Positions 12,696 through 25,971 of a stretch of DNA of 64,000 nt are shown one piece after another. The position numbers and the translations under genes were made by a program. This DNA comes from Octopus sinensis (Eukaryota), in contig NC_042998.1 of assembly GCF_006345805.1 (NCBI RefSeq), forward strand, positions 177,692,001-177,756,000. The letters run 5' to 3'. Position 1 is the first letter of the stretch. Each line of letters begins with the position of its first letter. The notes under the pieces are model-generated. The model was not told the DNA's origin. It ran no database searches and saw only the letters and a list, made by a program, of their open reading frames with translations.

Positions 12696-13934
12696 TGATC
12701 TGATCTATCAAAGTGAAACTACATGGTAAATAAAATGGTTTCAAAATAAAATTTATTAATTGAAAATATTAGGATAGAGGGTTGTATATTTAAAATGCTT
12801 CCTTTGATGATGATAAATGTTGATTATATACTTACAAATTATTTAGATAAAATATCTATTTTAGATCTAAGTTGTATTAAAGAGAGGAAAAATGTAAGCA
12901 TTTTAAACAGCCTCAGGGAAATTACATAGTTATGAAGTGGCACTTTCATCGATGAGTAAGAAGTCAAGAATTCATCACAGAAATATAGGCAGGGAAGTTT
13001 TGTGGGATCAAGTTTGATAAATTGATTTAAACCATTTTGTGTCAATCAGATTTCAGCAAACAGATGAAATAATTTGGGGTTTCCAACAGGAATTGCATGG
13101 AAGTCAGCTGTAATTTGCCTGATAAAAGATGTTACTTCTATACCTGTTTTTTACTATTTTTATTTTATTTTATAAAGGAAAATGTAGACAGCTGCAATAT
13201 GGTGTAAATTGATTATGAGAAAAGTTTTCTATGTCAACATACAGCTAAACTCAAAAACATTATTTCTGTAGGATGTACTTAAAATTTTAAGTTAACATAT
13301 ATCATACCAGACAGGTTTAAAAAACAAAAATTTCTGTTTCATACTCACTGGATGACGAGCATAAGGATTTTAATTGTGATAAACATTTTCTCTTAAGATA
13401 AAACACATATAAATATAGTGTTTATTAGTAGCATTACAGAACTGCTGCACTACATTTTACAAAGGTTATAGAAAGAGGGAAAATGCACATACAGATCAAA
13501 TAAATATTGGTCTAAGATGTTAGTGGGAAAAAAATCTTTCAATTTTCATCTTTACTTGAACTATTTATTCCTAGAAGAGAAAGCTGGGATCATATTCTTT
13601 TATGCCTTCTGAAATGACTGAGGTTCAATTTAGGATTATAATTAAGACAGCTGCTTTACCAAATAAAATATATTATCACATAAATTTTTTTTTGGGGGGG
13701 GTGTGGCTAAACACTCTTAAAACTTTTTTAAGCACCTTTTTTTAGTTTTACCTTTTTATGCTAGAATCTGAAACTATCTCCAAATATTACGCTAAATGAC
13801 AGTAAAATTATCTAAAGAGCTACTGATTGGTGAGAACTATATGGAAATGTATGAAGGAATGAAATAGGAATCAAGAATACATGAAGCAAAATTTTGTGCT
13901 GTTTCTAAATAAATATATACATGAGTGTGCGTCT

Positions 13935-14023
13935 GTGTGTGTATATATATATATATATGTATATAGATACATATCTATCTATATATGTTTATATACATAC
14001 ATATATATATATCTGTGAATATA

Positions 14024-14096
<73 letters not shown>

Positions 14097-14100
14097 TATT
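13935..14100. repeat. Compound (TA)n/(TG)n microsatellite
   Basis: Directly visible. It generates the spurious YIYI ORFs. Confidence 0.95.
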
Positions 14101-14164
14101 GGCCCGGGAAGAATTGCAATTCCTGAGACAAAATCAGTGCATGACATGGCATTGACATAAGCAA

Positions 14165-14720
14165 TGACGCATCTTTCAAAGTGCATATTGCCAATTTGGT
14201 AATAAAATGCAGACGGCTAGCTAGATGGATCCTCCGAACTTTTGGAACAAGAGAGAAGGAGACACTGATGGTCCTTTGGAAGACATTCGTCCTCAGTCGC
14301 TTGGACTACTGCTCCCAACTATGGTCACCACACAACATAAAGTTAACAGCAGAACTCTAAGCAATCTAACAAAGCTACACTAAGAAGACCGTATCAATGC
14401 AACATATCAGCTACTATTAAAGACTGGAAGTATTAAAACTCTTCCCCCGGAAGCAAAGGCAGGAGAGATATGCAGTGATATACATCTGGAAAATCCTGGA
14501 GGGCCTTGTCCCGAATTTTGGCATTGAAAGTTACCCCAACAGCAGAATGGGGTACCACTGCATGGTGCAAAAGATCCCAACATCACCATCAAAATACAGG
14601 ATCAGATACTACAACAGGTTGGGTGTCAGGGGACCATAGCTCTTCAATATCCTTCCTAAATGCCTGAGAGACCTGCATCGTATGGATGTGGGGTTTTTTT
14701 TAAAGACAACTGGAGGTTTC
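14165..14720 (+). mobile_element. CR1/L2-group LINE fragment (C-terminal RT region), decayed
   Basis: Translates WILRTFGTREKETLMVLWKTFVLSRLDYCSQLWSPH, typical of the post-RT region of CR1/L2-type LINEs. Contains stops and frameshifts. Confidence 0.75.
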
Positions 14721-16970
14721 TATGGGACAACCTGCTGAGAGCCACTGACCAGATCTGTGGATGGTGCTAAGTCCCCTCTCGACCCAAAATAACGTGGTGG
14801 TGGAACAATGTTGTGGACAGGGCTATTAGAGAAAAAGAACAGGCTTGGAAGGACTGGAAGAGAAAGCAATTAAGAGGATAAAGACAGGGAACTGTATCAG
14901 ACTGCCAAAAAGGAAGCTAGGAGACAGGTTTATTTAGCCAGAGGGGAAGCAGATAAAAAATTTGCTTATGTTCTGTGCCGTGAGGACCAAAGACATGAGG
15001 TATTTCGTGTTGCAAGACAGTGTGTGAGAGAGAATCGTGATGTTGTAGGAAAGAAATGTGTCCGCATGGATGATGGTTCTCTTGCACTAAATGAGGCTGC
15101 AAAGAGAAAGGTTTGGAGACGCAACTATGAAAGATTGCTGAATAAAGAAAATGAATGGGAGAGAAAGAGTCTGCCGAATGTCAACCCAACAGTGGGACCA
15201 GCTATACAAACTGACAGTACCTTGGTAGATAAAGCAATTAAGAGGATAAAGACAGGGAAAGCCCCTGGCCCATCAGGAGTTACTGCAGAGATGCTCAAAA
15301 TATCTAGCAGTGTCGGCTATAGCCTAGTCACCCGTATAGTTAACCAGGTGATACACGAAGCAGTTGTACCCAATGACTGGTGTAGCAGCATAATAGTCAA
15401 CTGCTACAAAGGTAAAGGTGACACTTTAGATACAAATAATTACAGAGGTATCAAGCTGTTGGAACAGGTAATGAAGGTCATGGAGAGGGTCATAGCCCAA
15501 CTAATTAGGGAGAGAGTCAGTTTGGATGAGATGCAGTTTGGCTTCATGTCAGGGAAAAAGCACTACTGATGCTATATTCCTGGTAAGAAAGCTGCAGGAG
15601 AAATACCTAGCCAAAGATAAGCCCCTGTACCTGGCTTTCATTGACATGGAGAAAGCCTTTGACAGGACTAGGGATAGATGAATGGTTAGTGAGAGCTGTG
15701 CAAGCCATGTACAGGGACGCTGTCAGTAAGGTGAGGGTTGGCAACAAGTACATTGAAGAATTCTGGATAGAGGTAGGGGTCCACCAAAGTTCAGTACTCG
15801 CCCCCTCCTATTCATCATAGAACTCCAGTCAATAACAGAGGAATTCAAGACAGGATGTCCCTGGGAGCTCCTCTTTGCTGATGACCTTGCTCTAATTGCT
15901 GAGTCACAATCAGAACTGGAGGAGTTTCAAGTGTGGAAACAAGGATTAGAATCAAAAGGCCTTAGAGTGAACCTAGCTAAAACCAAAGTCCTAATAAGTA
16001 GGAAGGCAGGCAAACCACAAAATCCCTTCAGGTAGATGGCCCTGCTCAATCTGTAGAAAAGGTGTAGGTAGAAACTCTATAAGATGTACCCAGTGTAAGC
16101 TATGGACACATAAGAGGTGCAGCAATATCAAAGGAAGGCTAAATGGGAAGACAGTTTTTGTATGTGGTAGATGCTCAGGAGCAATAAACACTGAAAATGT
16201 GCAGAGAACAACTTCCGCCACATTCCAGGGAGAAAAACTAGAAATAGTTGATAGCTTCCGTTACCTAGGTGACCAAGTCAGTAGCGGGGAAGGGTTTTGC
16301 TGAAAGTGTAGCTGCTAGAATAAGAATAGCCTGGGCAAAGTTCAGAGAGCTCTTTCCTCAGCTGGTAACAAAGGGCCTCTTGCTCAGAGTAAAAGGTAGA
16401 CTGTATGATGCATGTGTACGAACAGCCATGCTACACGGCAGTGAAACATGGGCTATGACTGCTGAGCACATGCATAAGCTCACAAGGAATGAAGCCAGTA
16501 TGCTCCGATGGATGTGTAATGTCAGTGTGCATACTCGACAGAGTGTAAGTACCTTGAGAGAAAAGTTGGACCTAAGAAGCATCAGATGTGGTGTGCAAGA
16601 GAGACGACTGCGCTGGTATGGCCATGTGGTGAGAATGGATGTGGATAGCTGTGTGAAAAAGTGTCGCACCCTAGCAGTTGAGGGAACCTGTGGAAGATGT
16701 AGACCCAGGAAGACCTGAGATGAGGTGGTGAAGCATGACCTTCGAACATTGGGTCTCACCGAGGCAATGACTAGTGACCGAGACCTTTAGAAATATACTG
16801 TGCTTGAGAAGATTCGGCAAGCTCAAGTGAGACCATAACCTTGTGGCCTATGCCAGGGGTGTAACCAGCCCACTTATGCATACCTTTCTTTCATTTGGAC
16901 ACTAAACTGCTTGCGAAGACCTATCGAGGCAAGTGAAATCGCAATCAAATTCGGTGACTGGTATCCGTGC
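14721..16970 (+). mobile_element. RTE-clade LINE, 5'-truncated, with a broken reverse transcriptase ORF
   Basis: Motifs KTGKAPGPSG, YKGKGD..DTNNYRGIKLL, MQFGF, FIDMEKAFD, WELLFADDL, a C-x2-C/WTHKRC PHD-like insert, FRYLG, LYDACVRTAMLHGSETW and RRLRWYGHV. There are frameshifts near 15565 and 16270 and an internal deletion near 15668. Confidence 0.93.
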
Positions 16971-16972
16971 AT

Positions 16973-17135
16973 AGACGTAGGAGTGGCTGTGTGTTAAGTA
17001 GCTTGCTTACCAGCCACATGGTTCGAGGTTCAGTCCTACTGTGTGGCACCTTGGGTAAGTGTCTTCTCCTATAGCCTCGGGCTGACCAAAGCCTTGTGAG
17101 TGGATCTGGTAGACGGAAACTGAAAGAAGCCCGTC

Positions 17136-17192
<57 letters not shown>

Positions 17193-17398
17193 GTGTGTGT
17201 GTGTGTTTGCCCCCCCCCCAACATCGTTTGACAACCGATGCTGGTGTGTTTATGTTCCCATAACTTAGCAGTTCGGTAAAAGAGACCGGTAGAATAAGTA
17301 CTAGGCTTACAATGAATAAGTCCTGGAGTTGATTTGCTCGACTAAAGCCGGTGCTCCAGCATGGCCACAGTCAAATGACTGAAACAAGTAAAAGAGTA
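16973..17398 (+). mobile_element. tRNA-derived SINE with an internal microsatellite
   Basis: Head TGGCTGTGTGTTAAG…GGTTCAGTCC, core GGCACCTTGGGTAAGTGTCTTCT, a (TA)(TG) tract, and tail …TGACTGAAACAAGTAAAAGAG. The same head recurs at ~35930-36085, 47940-48075 and 60560-60700. Confidence 0.8.
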
Positions 17399-17419
17399 AG
17401 CGTATACATATACATATAT

Positions 17420-17589
17420 TTAATCTAAACATGGACAAAGAGAAAACACAACAACGTGATGACGTGGAACAAGTATAGTGTTATTGGACGCTCAGGAAAG
17501 GAAAGAAAGAAGGATTTAATGTTTCAAGCAGAGCTCTTCATCAGAAACATAGAAAAAGGAAAGGTCCAAGGAAGGGAAGACGGAGAAAT

Positions 17590-17590
<1 letters not shown>
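17420..17590 (-). mobile_element. Penelope-like 3' terminal fragment with a minimal hammerhead motif
   Basis: Minus 17547→17515 reads UUU-CUGAUGA-A-GAGC(UCU)GCUU-GAAA-CA-UU-AAA. It has a pyrimidine-rich flank and sits between TA microsatellites. Confidence 0.55.
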
Positions 17591-17995
<405 letters not shown>

Positions 17996-19384
17996 CATGA
18001 AATAATAACCTGTAAGTTAGTTTAATAAATACATAGCTTTATTCATTCTTTCAGAACTGATTAAACATATGCAATATTGATGAGAAAAATGGAAAAAAAG
18101 TACAGAAGAATCAATGAAACTTCATGTTTTTGTTCAACAAGTTTGATAAAATATAGAAAAATATTGAAATAGTACAACACTGAAACTTTTAGCAATTTGT
18201 GCACAGATGAGACAACAATGAATGAATAGAAAAATGTATATGTGCATATGTGATACGTATAGTGGGTGAGGTATATTTTAAAATTAATTTGTAAACCTGC
18301 CTGTATTTATGAAAAATTAAACACTGACCTAAAATGTCACATTATAAGTAACAACTGCAGTTAAAAGTGTGTAACTCAAACTTTATAACATCAGGCCATG
18401 TTTCACCAATACAGAATTATAAAGGAATTATATTTAGATTTCAGGAGGATTTTCAGATTTTAAAAAATTTCAATTGTTACTATAATTTCTTTGTAAAAAA
18501 TATATCCAACAATATTGGGTATGAAATTTTTGAGGAAATTAATTGCCTCTATTATACTGGCCAGCTAGTAAGTAACTTAATATTTTCTTGAATAGTTTTG
18601 GCATTCAAACCAATACATAAGAATACAGGAATAGAGGGAATAAACAAAAGTTTTTGGGCTGGCTAAAAGTCACATGGCATTATATATATTGAATTATCAA
18701 CAGTAGTTTTGGATTGATATAAGATTGCAGTTCTCAAGATGATTGTTCTGATTTATTATGCTTATTCTCATATAGACATTATAAGCTAAATGTCTAGCAC
18801 AAGTTGGACAGTTTTTATGATAACATGTTATCCACTCTATTAACAAGTAAAAAGAATCAAAAGAAGCTGGAGGGGGAAGCAATTGTGTGTTTACTTTTTT
18901 GCTTTAAATGATGATAAACTTCTAGTAAAACACTTGAGATGTAGTTGATTGAATGAACTGCTTGATTACTTTACTGTATAGAATGAATATAGTGAGATAG
19001 GGAATAATTGAATAAAGTTAAATTAATATCTCGTGTGGAATATGTTGGTAAAAGTGAAATATAGTGAAAAGAAAGAAAAATTGCATACATAATACAACTG
19101 AGAAAAGAGCAAAGCATGGTATATTAAAATCAAAACAAAAAGAAGCTCAATAAATAACAAAAAGCATGGAAACAAATTAGAGTTGTTAAAAATATTAAGT
19201 AAAAATAAGCACAATAAAGCAAAATAAAATAAAACTGGGTAAACTAAATCAACTAATAGGCAAGCAGACAGACAGACACATTACATAAACCATATCACCT
19301 CAACCATGGAATCATAACAATATTAATTTACAATAGTAAGTAGGTGTAAGTAGCAAATAGTAGGCGTGGACCAGACTGCACTAC

Positions 19385-19480
19385 CTGAATGATATCGGTT
19401 GTCCTCTCGGGTGAGCCTTCGATGTGCTCTTCGCTGAGCGGCAGTCGAAGGACTTGGGGCGCTGGGACCTGCTGATGATG
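19385..19480 (-). CDS. DIP2: DIP2-family coding exon (probably exon 3)
   Basis: Minus strand reads ttcttttcccactcag|CATCATCAGCAGGTCCC…CGATATCATTCAG|gtagtg. This is a 96-nt phase 1-1 exon in frame with the 62347-62418 exon, giving ASSAGPSAPSPSTAAQRRAHRRLTREDNRYHS. It resembles the DIP2 R-rich …RYHS/RYRS segment that follows the DMAP1-binding domain and forms a GC-rich island in AT-rich DNA. The ORF track shows this region in the wrong frame. Confidence 0.85.
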
Positions 19481-21904
19481 CTGAGTGGGAAAAGAATAAA
19501 AATAAACAAAAAAGTGAGGCCTGATAACATTTGGTCGTAAATTGGTGTTAGCCATGATGGCTATAAAAATAGAGGAAGAGAGAGAGAGAGCGATGAAGGT
19601 AGGGATAAGGATACTAAAGTGGAGAAGAAAATGAAAGATAGAGGAAGAAAATGTTCCTAAGTAAAACTTAACTAAATACAACTTACTGATATCTTTGCAC
19701 CTATTATTTTTATTTAAAGTTAGATATTCTTAATTCCTATAAATATATATATTCCTGTAAAATATCAATTCTACGAAAATTCTAAATCATCATTCTCATG
19801 ACTTTTAAAAGAATTTTTGGGTTATTGAATCAATCAAAAGCTTTTAATTCTTTAACACTACTGAGCTAATTTGACCCCTCCCTCAAACAAAACAGGAAAC
19901 AGCTAAAAATGCAAATACCCAAAAATATCCAATAAGAACAAAAATATGCCTGCATGGCAAGATTTTAATGGTAGAAAATATGGAGAAAGAAGACCCTATA
20001 AAAAGAGGGAACCGAAATGAAAAGGAAAAACTATTTGCTATAACACAACTAAAGAAACGAGGTTATCTATTTTTTTGTCTGGTTTAAAAAATTAAAGGTA
20101 TATAAATAGGCAAAATATGAAATTATCTGACTTGAATATGACAACAGCTGACAATTACATGTTACTTTGCATCAGCTAAAACATAAGCTATTATCCTTTT
20201 AATAACTGATAAATCATCAAGTAGCTTTCGAACTGAAGTAAGGAGTTCTGCATTTACAGCTTAACTACAAACAAACTACAGAAATAGAGTACATGGTTCC
20301 CTTAATAATTTTACAGGGAATCTTTGCTGACTTTGCATTTTGAAAGTAAATTCCAGCAGAAAATGATAAGATTTTGATAGTCAATGAATAATTATTCATA
20401 TCAGAATGATGTGACTAGCAATTTTAGATAATTAACAGTCACTGGAACTGCTAAATAATTAAGCAGTATATGCAAACCAAAGTTGGTTAAGAATATAAAG
20501 ATTATGAAATAGATAATAGTAAATTTTGCTGAGAATGAGTGGAAAGAAAATTTAGAAAAAGAATATAGAATAGTTGGAATAAATAATGTAGAATGTTGTT
20601 GGAGATTACTAAATGATATGGAAAGAAGACTTTATGTTTTAGCCAAAATGAAATTCCTCTTATTTCAGCAACTACTTATAGGAATGATTTAAAATACAAG
20701 AATGAATAATGATTTGCTATGTTGTGAGAATGTTAAGTAATCACACAAAGCACAAATATAGCATGGGTAAGTGGACTTTTAACATAGCAATTTTTGGTGG
20801 GGAGAGCAAAGTTTTGACAACCAAAAAATGCAGAAGATGATTTATCATGCATTTTGGGAATAACAGCATACAAGGATGGGGGAGCTGAGTTTAATAAATT
20901 ATAAATAAAAATCTAGCAATTTCCATGATGCTATTAAAAAATTGGAAAGATGTCCAACATCTCTACAGAATAAATACTTAGCTTCTGCTTGTGCAGATAT
21001 CAATATTGAGCTGTTTGTGATTTCATAACAAACTACATCAAGAAGAAATCATCAGATTCCAAACCTGATGTATGTATGTGTATAATCACAAATCATTACA
21101 AAACAAGTTATCTTTAATTGGAATACTGTGAAAGCTACAAAATTCTATTCATTCTAATTGATGGATTTTAATTAATTTATTCAAATTACTTAATTGTATG
21201 TATATCCATTTGAAGTAACTTCAATGATTTTTATAGAGGTTTGTTAATTAGTTTAACTGTGGCTAAATATATTAATCATTACATTTACATCAACTAGGAT
21301 TTTACATTAACATTAACTAGTTTTCTTTAAAACTTACTCTTATTATAATATGCTACTGGTTTAATTCATGAAGAAAATGTTATGGGATTGCAGAAGAAAT
21401 AGATTTGGTACAACATTAGTCCAACATAAAATTGTCATATTAGATTTTCATATATATACTCCATGAACATTGCAAACACTTTCAGTAAGAACAATAAACA
21501 CAAATTTAAAAGATTAACAGTTAATAAAATATGTAAATGTTGGTTTTAAAACATAAAAACAATCTGAAGATTTGTGTGGAAACAAAAATCGTGATAAACA
21601 CAAACAAGAAAAACGTGAAATATCGTGAAAACATATCATTAGAAAGAAAAAGAATTATCAATTGAAATACTGAATGGTTTTCAAATAACAATGCAAACAA
21701 TAAAAAAAAAAGAAACAGGTTATGTTTGTCTTTTATTTTTTTATTTATAAAATTAGCTGTTAGTTAAAACCCAAAAACATAATGAGAGGGAGAGGAGGGA
21801 ATGCATGTGTAATTCATTTGAAGTTTAAAACAATATATTCTTTTATGAAAGAAAACAACAAGGAACTAATAGGATTTTTCAAATAATTCGCTTCATCAAT
21901 TGTT

Positions 21905-22085
21905 GGTGTTGTTTAGTCCCAAATTAATTCTGTTCAAAAGCATTCCATCCACAACCATCATCCATCTTTTATGAGTATGTAAGGCTGCATTATCCAGTGT
22001 GCCTTTTCCTTTCCCAAGCTAGCAAAGTGGTATTTGAGATAGATTTGGTTAATATTTCTTGCACATCAAGTAACTATGTAGAAAA
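21905..22085 (+). repeat. Degenerate interspersed repeat (family of 12490-12695)
   Basis: Shared motifs, judged by eye. Confidence 0.45.
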
Positions 22086-22572
22086 TTATTATTGTTATGA
22101 GTTTTCTTCTTCGTTCAATTTTGCCTTCATTTCTTGTAAAGCGACTTCCTGACACCTAGGGCAAAAAACTCACCATATACATTGATAAACCACTAAAATA
22201 AACACACCAGATTGTTCAAACTCTTGTCTCAAAAACATTTGAATGACAATATTCACAGCAATATGTATAAATCTTAAGACTAAATAAATAAAGATTATAC
22301 TTCTTTTTTGCAAAGGATTCATATATCCTGACATTTACAAAAATTTATATTTCCATTAAGTACAAGAAAAAATGGCTAAGCAAATTGCATTTTAAGTTAG
22401 ATTGTGAAAAAAAAAAAACACAAGTAAATCTAACATTGCTAGAAATAATGAAGCATTAAGAGTAGAAATCAATTTGTCTTTAAATCAAATTACAAATTAT
22501 GGTATATCTTAAGCAAATAAATTGCATTAACTATATCAGGATAAAATTGAGTAGAACATAATTTGGCTTTAA

Positions 22573-22791
22573 CCTTCTTGTTATCATATTTCAACAGAAA
22601 TATGCTGCCTTTGTTTCAATTAATTTTGAAAATAATGAACAATTTAGTAAAATAACTTTGTCATTACACTAGCATTTCAAACATAAATTGATATGAAATT
22701 TTGATGGAAGGTTTCAATTAATAGCACTTTAAAAGAAGAAACCTGCATCAGAGAACATGGGACAATCTCAGAAAATTTGGTATCAAAAGGG
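22573..22791. mobile_element. TTAA-type (piggyBac-like) MITE, degenerate
   Basis: TTAA|CCTTCTTGTTATCA … TGGTATCAAAAGGG, imperfect TIRs. Confidence 0.55.
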
Positions 22792-24699
22792 TTTCAAAAA
22801 GCAACAGTTATTTGCATGAGCAACTGACATGAGGTTTTTTCCTTAAGACTCTTAAAAATTGAATTCCAGAGTGGTTTCCAGAACGTTTGATTGAGAAAAA
22901 GAAGAAATCAAGTTAACCACAGAAATTAACGAAATCCAGACCTACAGAATTGGTTCTGTTTAAGAAACATGCATTGCTATGATAAAACAGATCTCTGATA
23001 TTTACTGACATACCAACAAGGCAAATGCTATATGTCTTTGACAGCTTCTGATTGTTCAAGAATTAGAACATTGAAAAGAAATTAAAGGTTTTAAATTCAA
23101 AGCTTTCTAAAGATGTGCATGTGTAGACATATGGCACTTAAAAATAACAGTAAAACACACATACTAAAATTCAGAAAATGTATTTTAGCAATCAGTACTT
23201 TAACAAGAAAACATCACTAATTGTGTGGAAAATTCTATGTAGTCTATGTTTACATTTGTTTAGAAATGATTGCAGTAGTTAATATCTGTTTTCCATTTAC
23301 ACTAAAAAAAAAAAATAAAAATAAAAAAAAAAGATACGAAGAGTAGTTCTTAGAATCTAATTTTAAAAGAAATAAAAGAAAATTGCTATATACAATTTAC
23401 TTTAGTAACAAATGCTGAAATTTTTTTGAAGTGTGGAGTTAAAATTGAAAATAAAAAAAATAATAACATTCTAAATATAAAAATTAAAAATTATTCTCTA
23501 ACCCTTGTTTCATTGTCTTAATTACTAAACAAATAATTACACAAGTCAATTGCAGAAAAATTTTTCAAAATATTATATTGTCTTGAAGATCTATATGAGG
23601 TGATGAGAACATATATACCATTTATATTGCCCTACTAGCACTAGTTTTAGAGAGACAAAATTATTCCTTTATGAGCTGATGTATTTACTCAAGCACTGAA
23701 ATCATTTAGAGGATTTGGTAATGTCTCTTTATATTCAGAGGTCAACTTTGCCTTTCAAAGGTCAATTAAATAAGTACCAGTCAAATAGCAAGAAAAAAAA
23801 GGGGGCTATCCTGAAATATAACGATATCCACTTCTTCCCCCACTCTTTTTATAAACTGGAGTTATAATGGACAAGAGAAAAAGAAGAGCAAGTATGTGCA
23901 TCTACACACACACATTCTACCAATAAGGAAACTTGTATACATATAATTCATACACATATGCATAGTTTCATATACTGATATACACATATTTTTATTATCA
24001 AAAGATAAATAGCCTTTACTTTAGTTCAAGAGAACATCACAGAAAATTCATTAACCATGTCAAAATGTTCTCTAAATTCTATGTATTTACAGCAAACTAT
24101 TCTTCAATAACTTTCATTGTTATATGAGCCATGTATTGCTGCTCTCACACTTACTCAGCAAAACTGATATGCACACAACTTTCCTTTGTTTCATTAGATA
24201 GTCCAAATAAAACATCCATGAAGCAATTCTTGACATAAAATTTGAGTCCTCGATGTGTTACAAGTGTTTCAATTCAGAACACTTGTGTTCATCTTAATTC
24301 AAATAGAACTTCAAGCAAGGCACCGAGACTTTGTAGTTACCACTGGCATAGTATGCAGATCACACTGGGTAGCTACGTTATATACATGTTTACTGTGCAT
24401 GAAGGTATGGCACATTTAATGAAGGGGCAACCAATTTGGATACTGCACAAGACAATCCAAACAACACACATTACACCACTAATAGTCACATCTATCATTA
24501 AAAAAAAATTCCTTTTTGCACACACTGTTACCCTGTTTCCCAACCCTTCAATTATTCTTTGGAAGACACATTTTAGACAAACTTTCATACCATATATAAT
24601 GCACTTTTCTTTTACTGGGGTTAGCGATCCTGCTTTATTGGGATAGTGTGCACCTTGTGAAAACCAGCCCATCACAGAAAAACTGACTTCTAAAAGCAC

Positions 24700-24741
<42 letters not shown>

Positions 24742-24746
24742 TATAC

Positions 24747-25049
24747 ATCAGCGTGACCGACCAGGCTATCAGATGTAGCTAAACATCGCTGGTCACAATG
24801 CGCTTCGCATTGTTTTAGCCTTCAAATGACGCCACCCCGCTGGCTAAGCGAGCAGGCCGACAGAAGAAAGAGTGAGAGAAAGTTGTGGTGAAAGAGTACA
24901 GCAGGGATCGCCACCATCCCCCTGCCGGAGCCTCGTGGAGCTTTAGGTGTTTTCGTTCAATAAACACTCACAATGCCCGGTCTGGGAATCGAAACCGCGA
25001 TCCTACGACCGCGAGTCCGCTGCCCTAACCACTGGGCCATTGCACCTCC
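24747..25049 (-). mobile_element. tRNA(Arg)-like SINE; same head as 12068 but a different 3' half
   Basis: Minus strand GGAGGTGCAATGGCCCAGTGGTTAGGGCAGCGGACTCGCGGTCGTAGGATCGCGGTTTCGATTCCC has A and B boxes. Inserted in a (TA)n tract. CpGs are retained, so it is probably young. Confidence 0.85.
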
Positions 25050-25501
25050 ACATATATATATATATATATATATGGTTTTGTATATACATATCTGTTTGTG
25101 TATGTATATATGAGCTCCTCAATCAATCACCCCACCACATCTCCCCACTGCAGCTCTTTATCCTTTCCCTTTTGCCTACATATCTCCTTCTCTCCCAGTT
25201 CTGCTATCCCTTCCCACCTATACACTCTTGCAAAACCTCATCTTCTACTATTCCTCCTACATAGTGTCACCCGGACATCTCATCACCACTATATCTATCT
25301 CTTCAGAGGTACAACCAATTCATTCCCATTCTCTCTTCTGAATGTGAGTGGCCATCTAGCCTCTTCTACAACAACCTGCTCTAACTCAACCTCTTCCCTT
25401 ATACTTTAACCTCCATCTAACATGAGGATGCAGTACCTCCTCTCCTGAGCTTTGTAGACTTATGAGCTACATGTCCTATACATACACACATACATACACA
25501 C

Positions 25502-25538
<37 letters not shown>

Positions 25539-25571
25539 TATATACACACACACATGCACATATATATATAT

Positions 25572-25971
25572 GGCAAATGGAAGATGGAATATACGAAAAT
25601 TTATTATTAATCATGACAATTGTTTCGACATCTAGCATTGATCCCTCACAAATGGGACACTCAGTAACTTGTTCAGAAGTATCCAGCAGTACAGATGTAT
25701 CTCATCGGGAGAGAAATAGACACAACTTGTGAAAATAACAGTTCAACAATGTAACTTCTTGTTTTGTAGAAAGTAAAGCATCTAGAATGAGGAAATATCT
25801 TCATTTACATAGATCAAAAATAAAATTACAGATGGAAAAAAAAAAAGAAATATACATGCAATACAGAGAGAAAAGTATTAAAAAGTATTGGGTGTTCATC
25901 TCTCTTTTTTCCATCTGTGATTTTATTTTTGATCTATGTAAATGAAGATATTTCCTCCATCTGGTTGCTTT
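25572..25971 (-). mobile_element. Probable Penelope-like terminal repeat: hammerhead-like motif with a long helix II plus an adjacent foldback
   Basis: Minus strand reads CCGAUGA-GAUACAUCU…AGAUGUC-GAAA-CAAUUG-UC (25708→25615). Inverted repeat at 25789-25841 / 25905-25957. Terminates at a TA tract. Confidence 0.45.

Noticed and set aside
15991-16759. Minus-strand ORFs opposite the RTE (also the + ORFs at 27429-28371)
   Set aside because: Antisense shadows of LINE coding sequence.
19328-19681. 117-aa ORF overlapping the DIP2 exon
   Set aside because: Wrong frame. The splice-defined frame gives the DIP2-like peptide.
24975-25049. tRNA-Arg-like sequence (also 12068-12140 and 55875-55942)
   Set aside because: No proper acceptor stem, and each continues into a repeat body. 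These are SINE-type heads, not tRNA genes.
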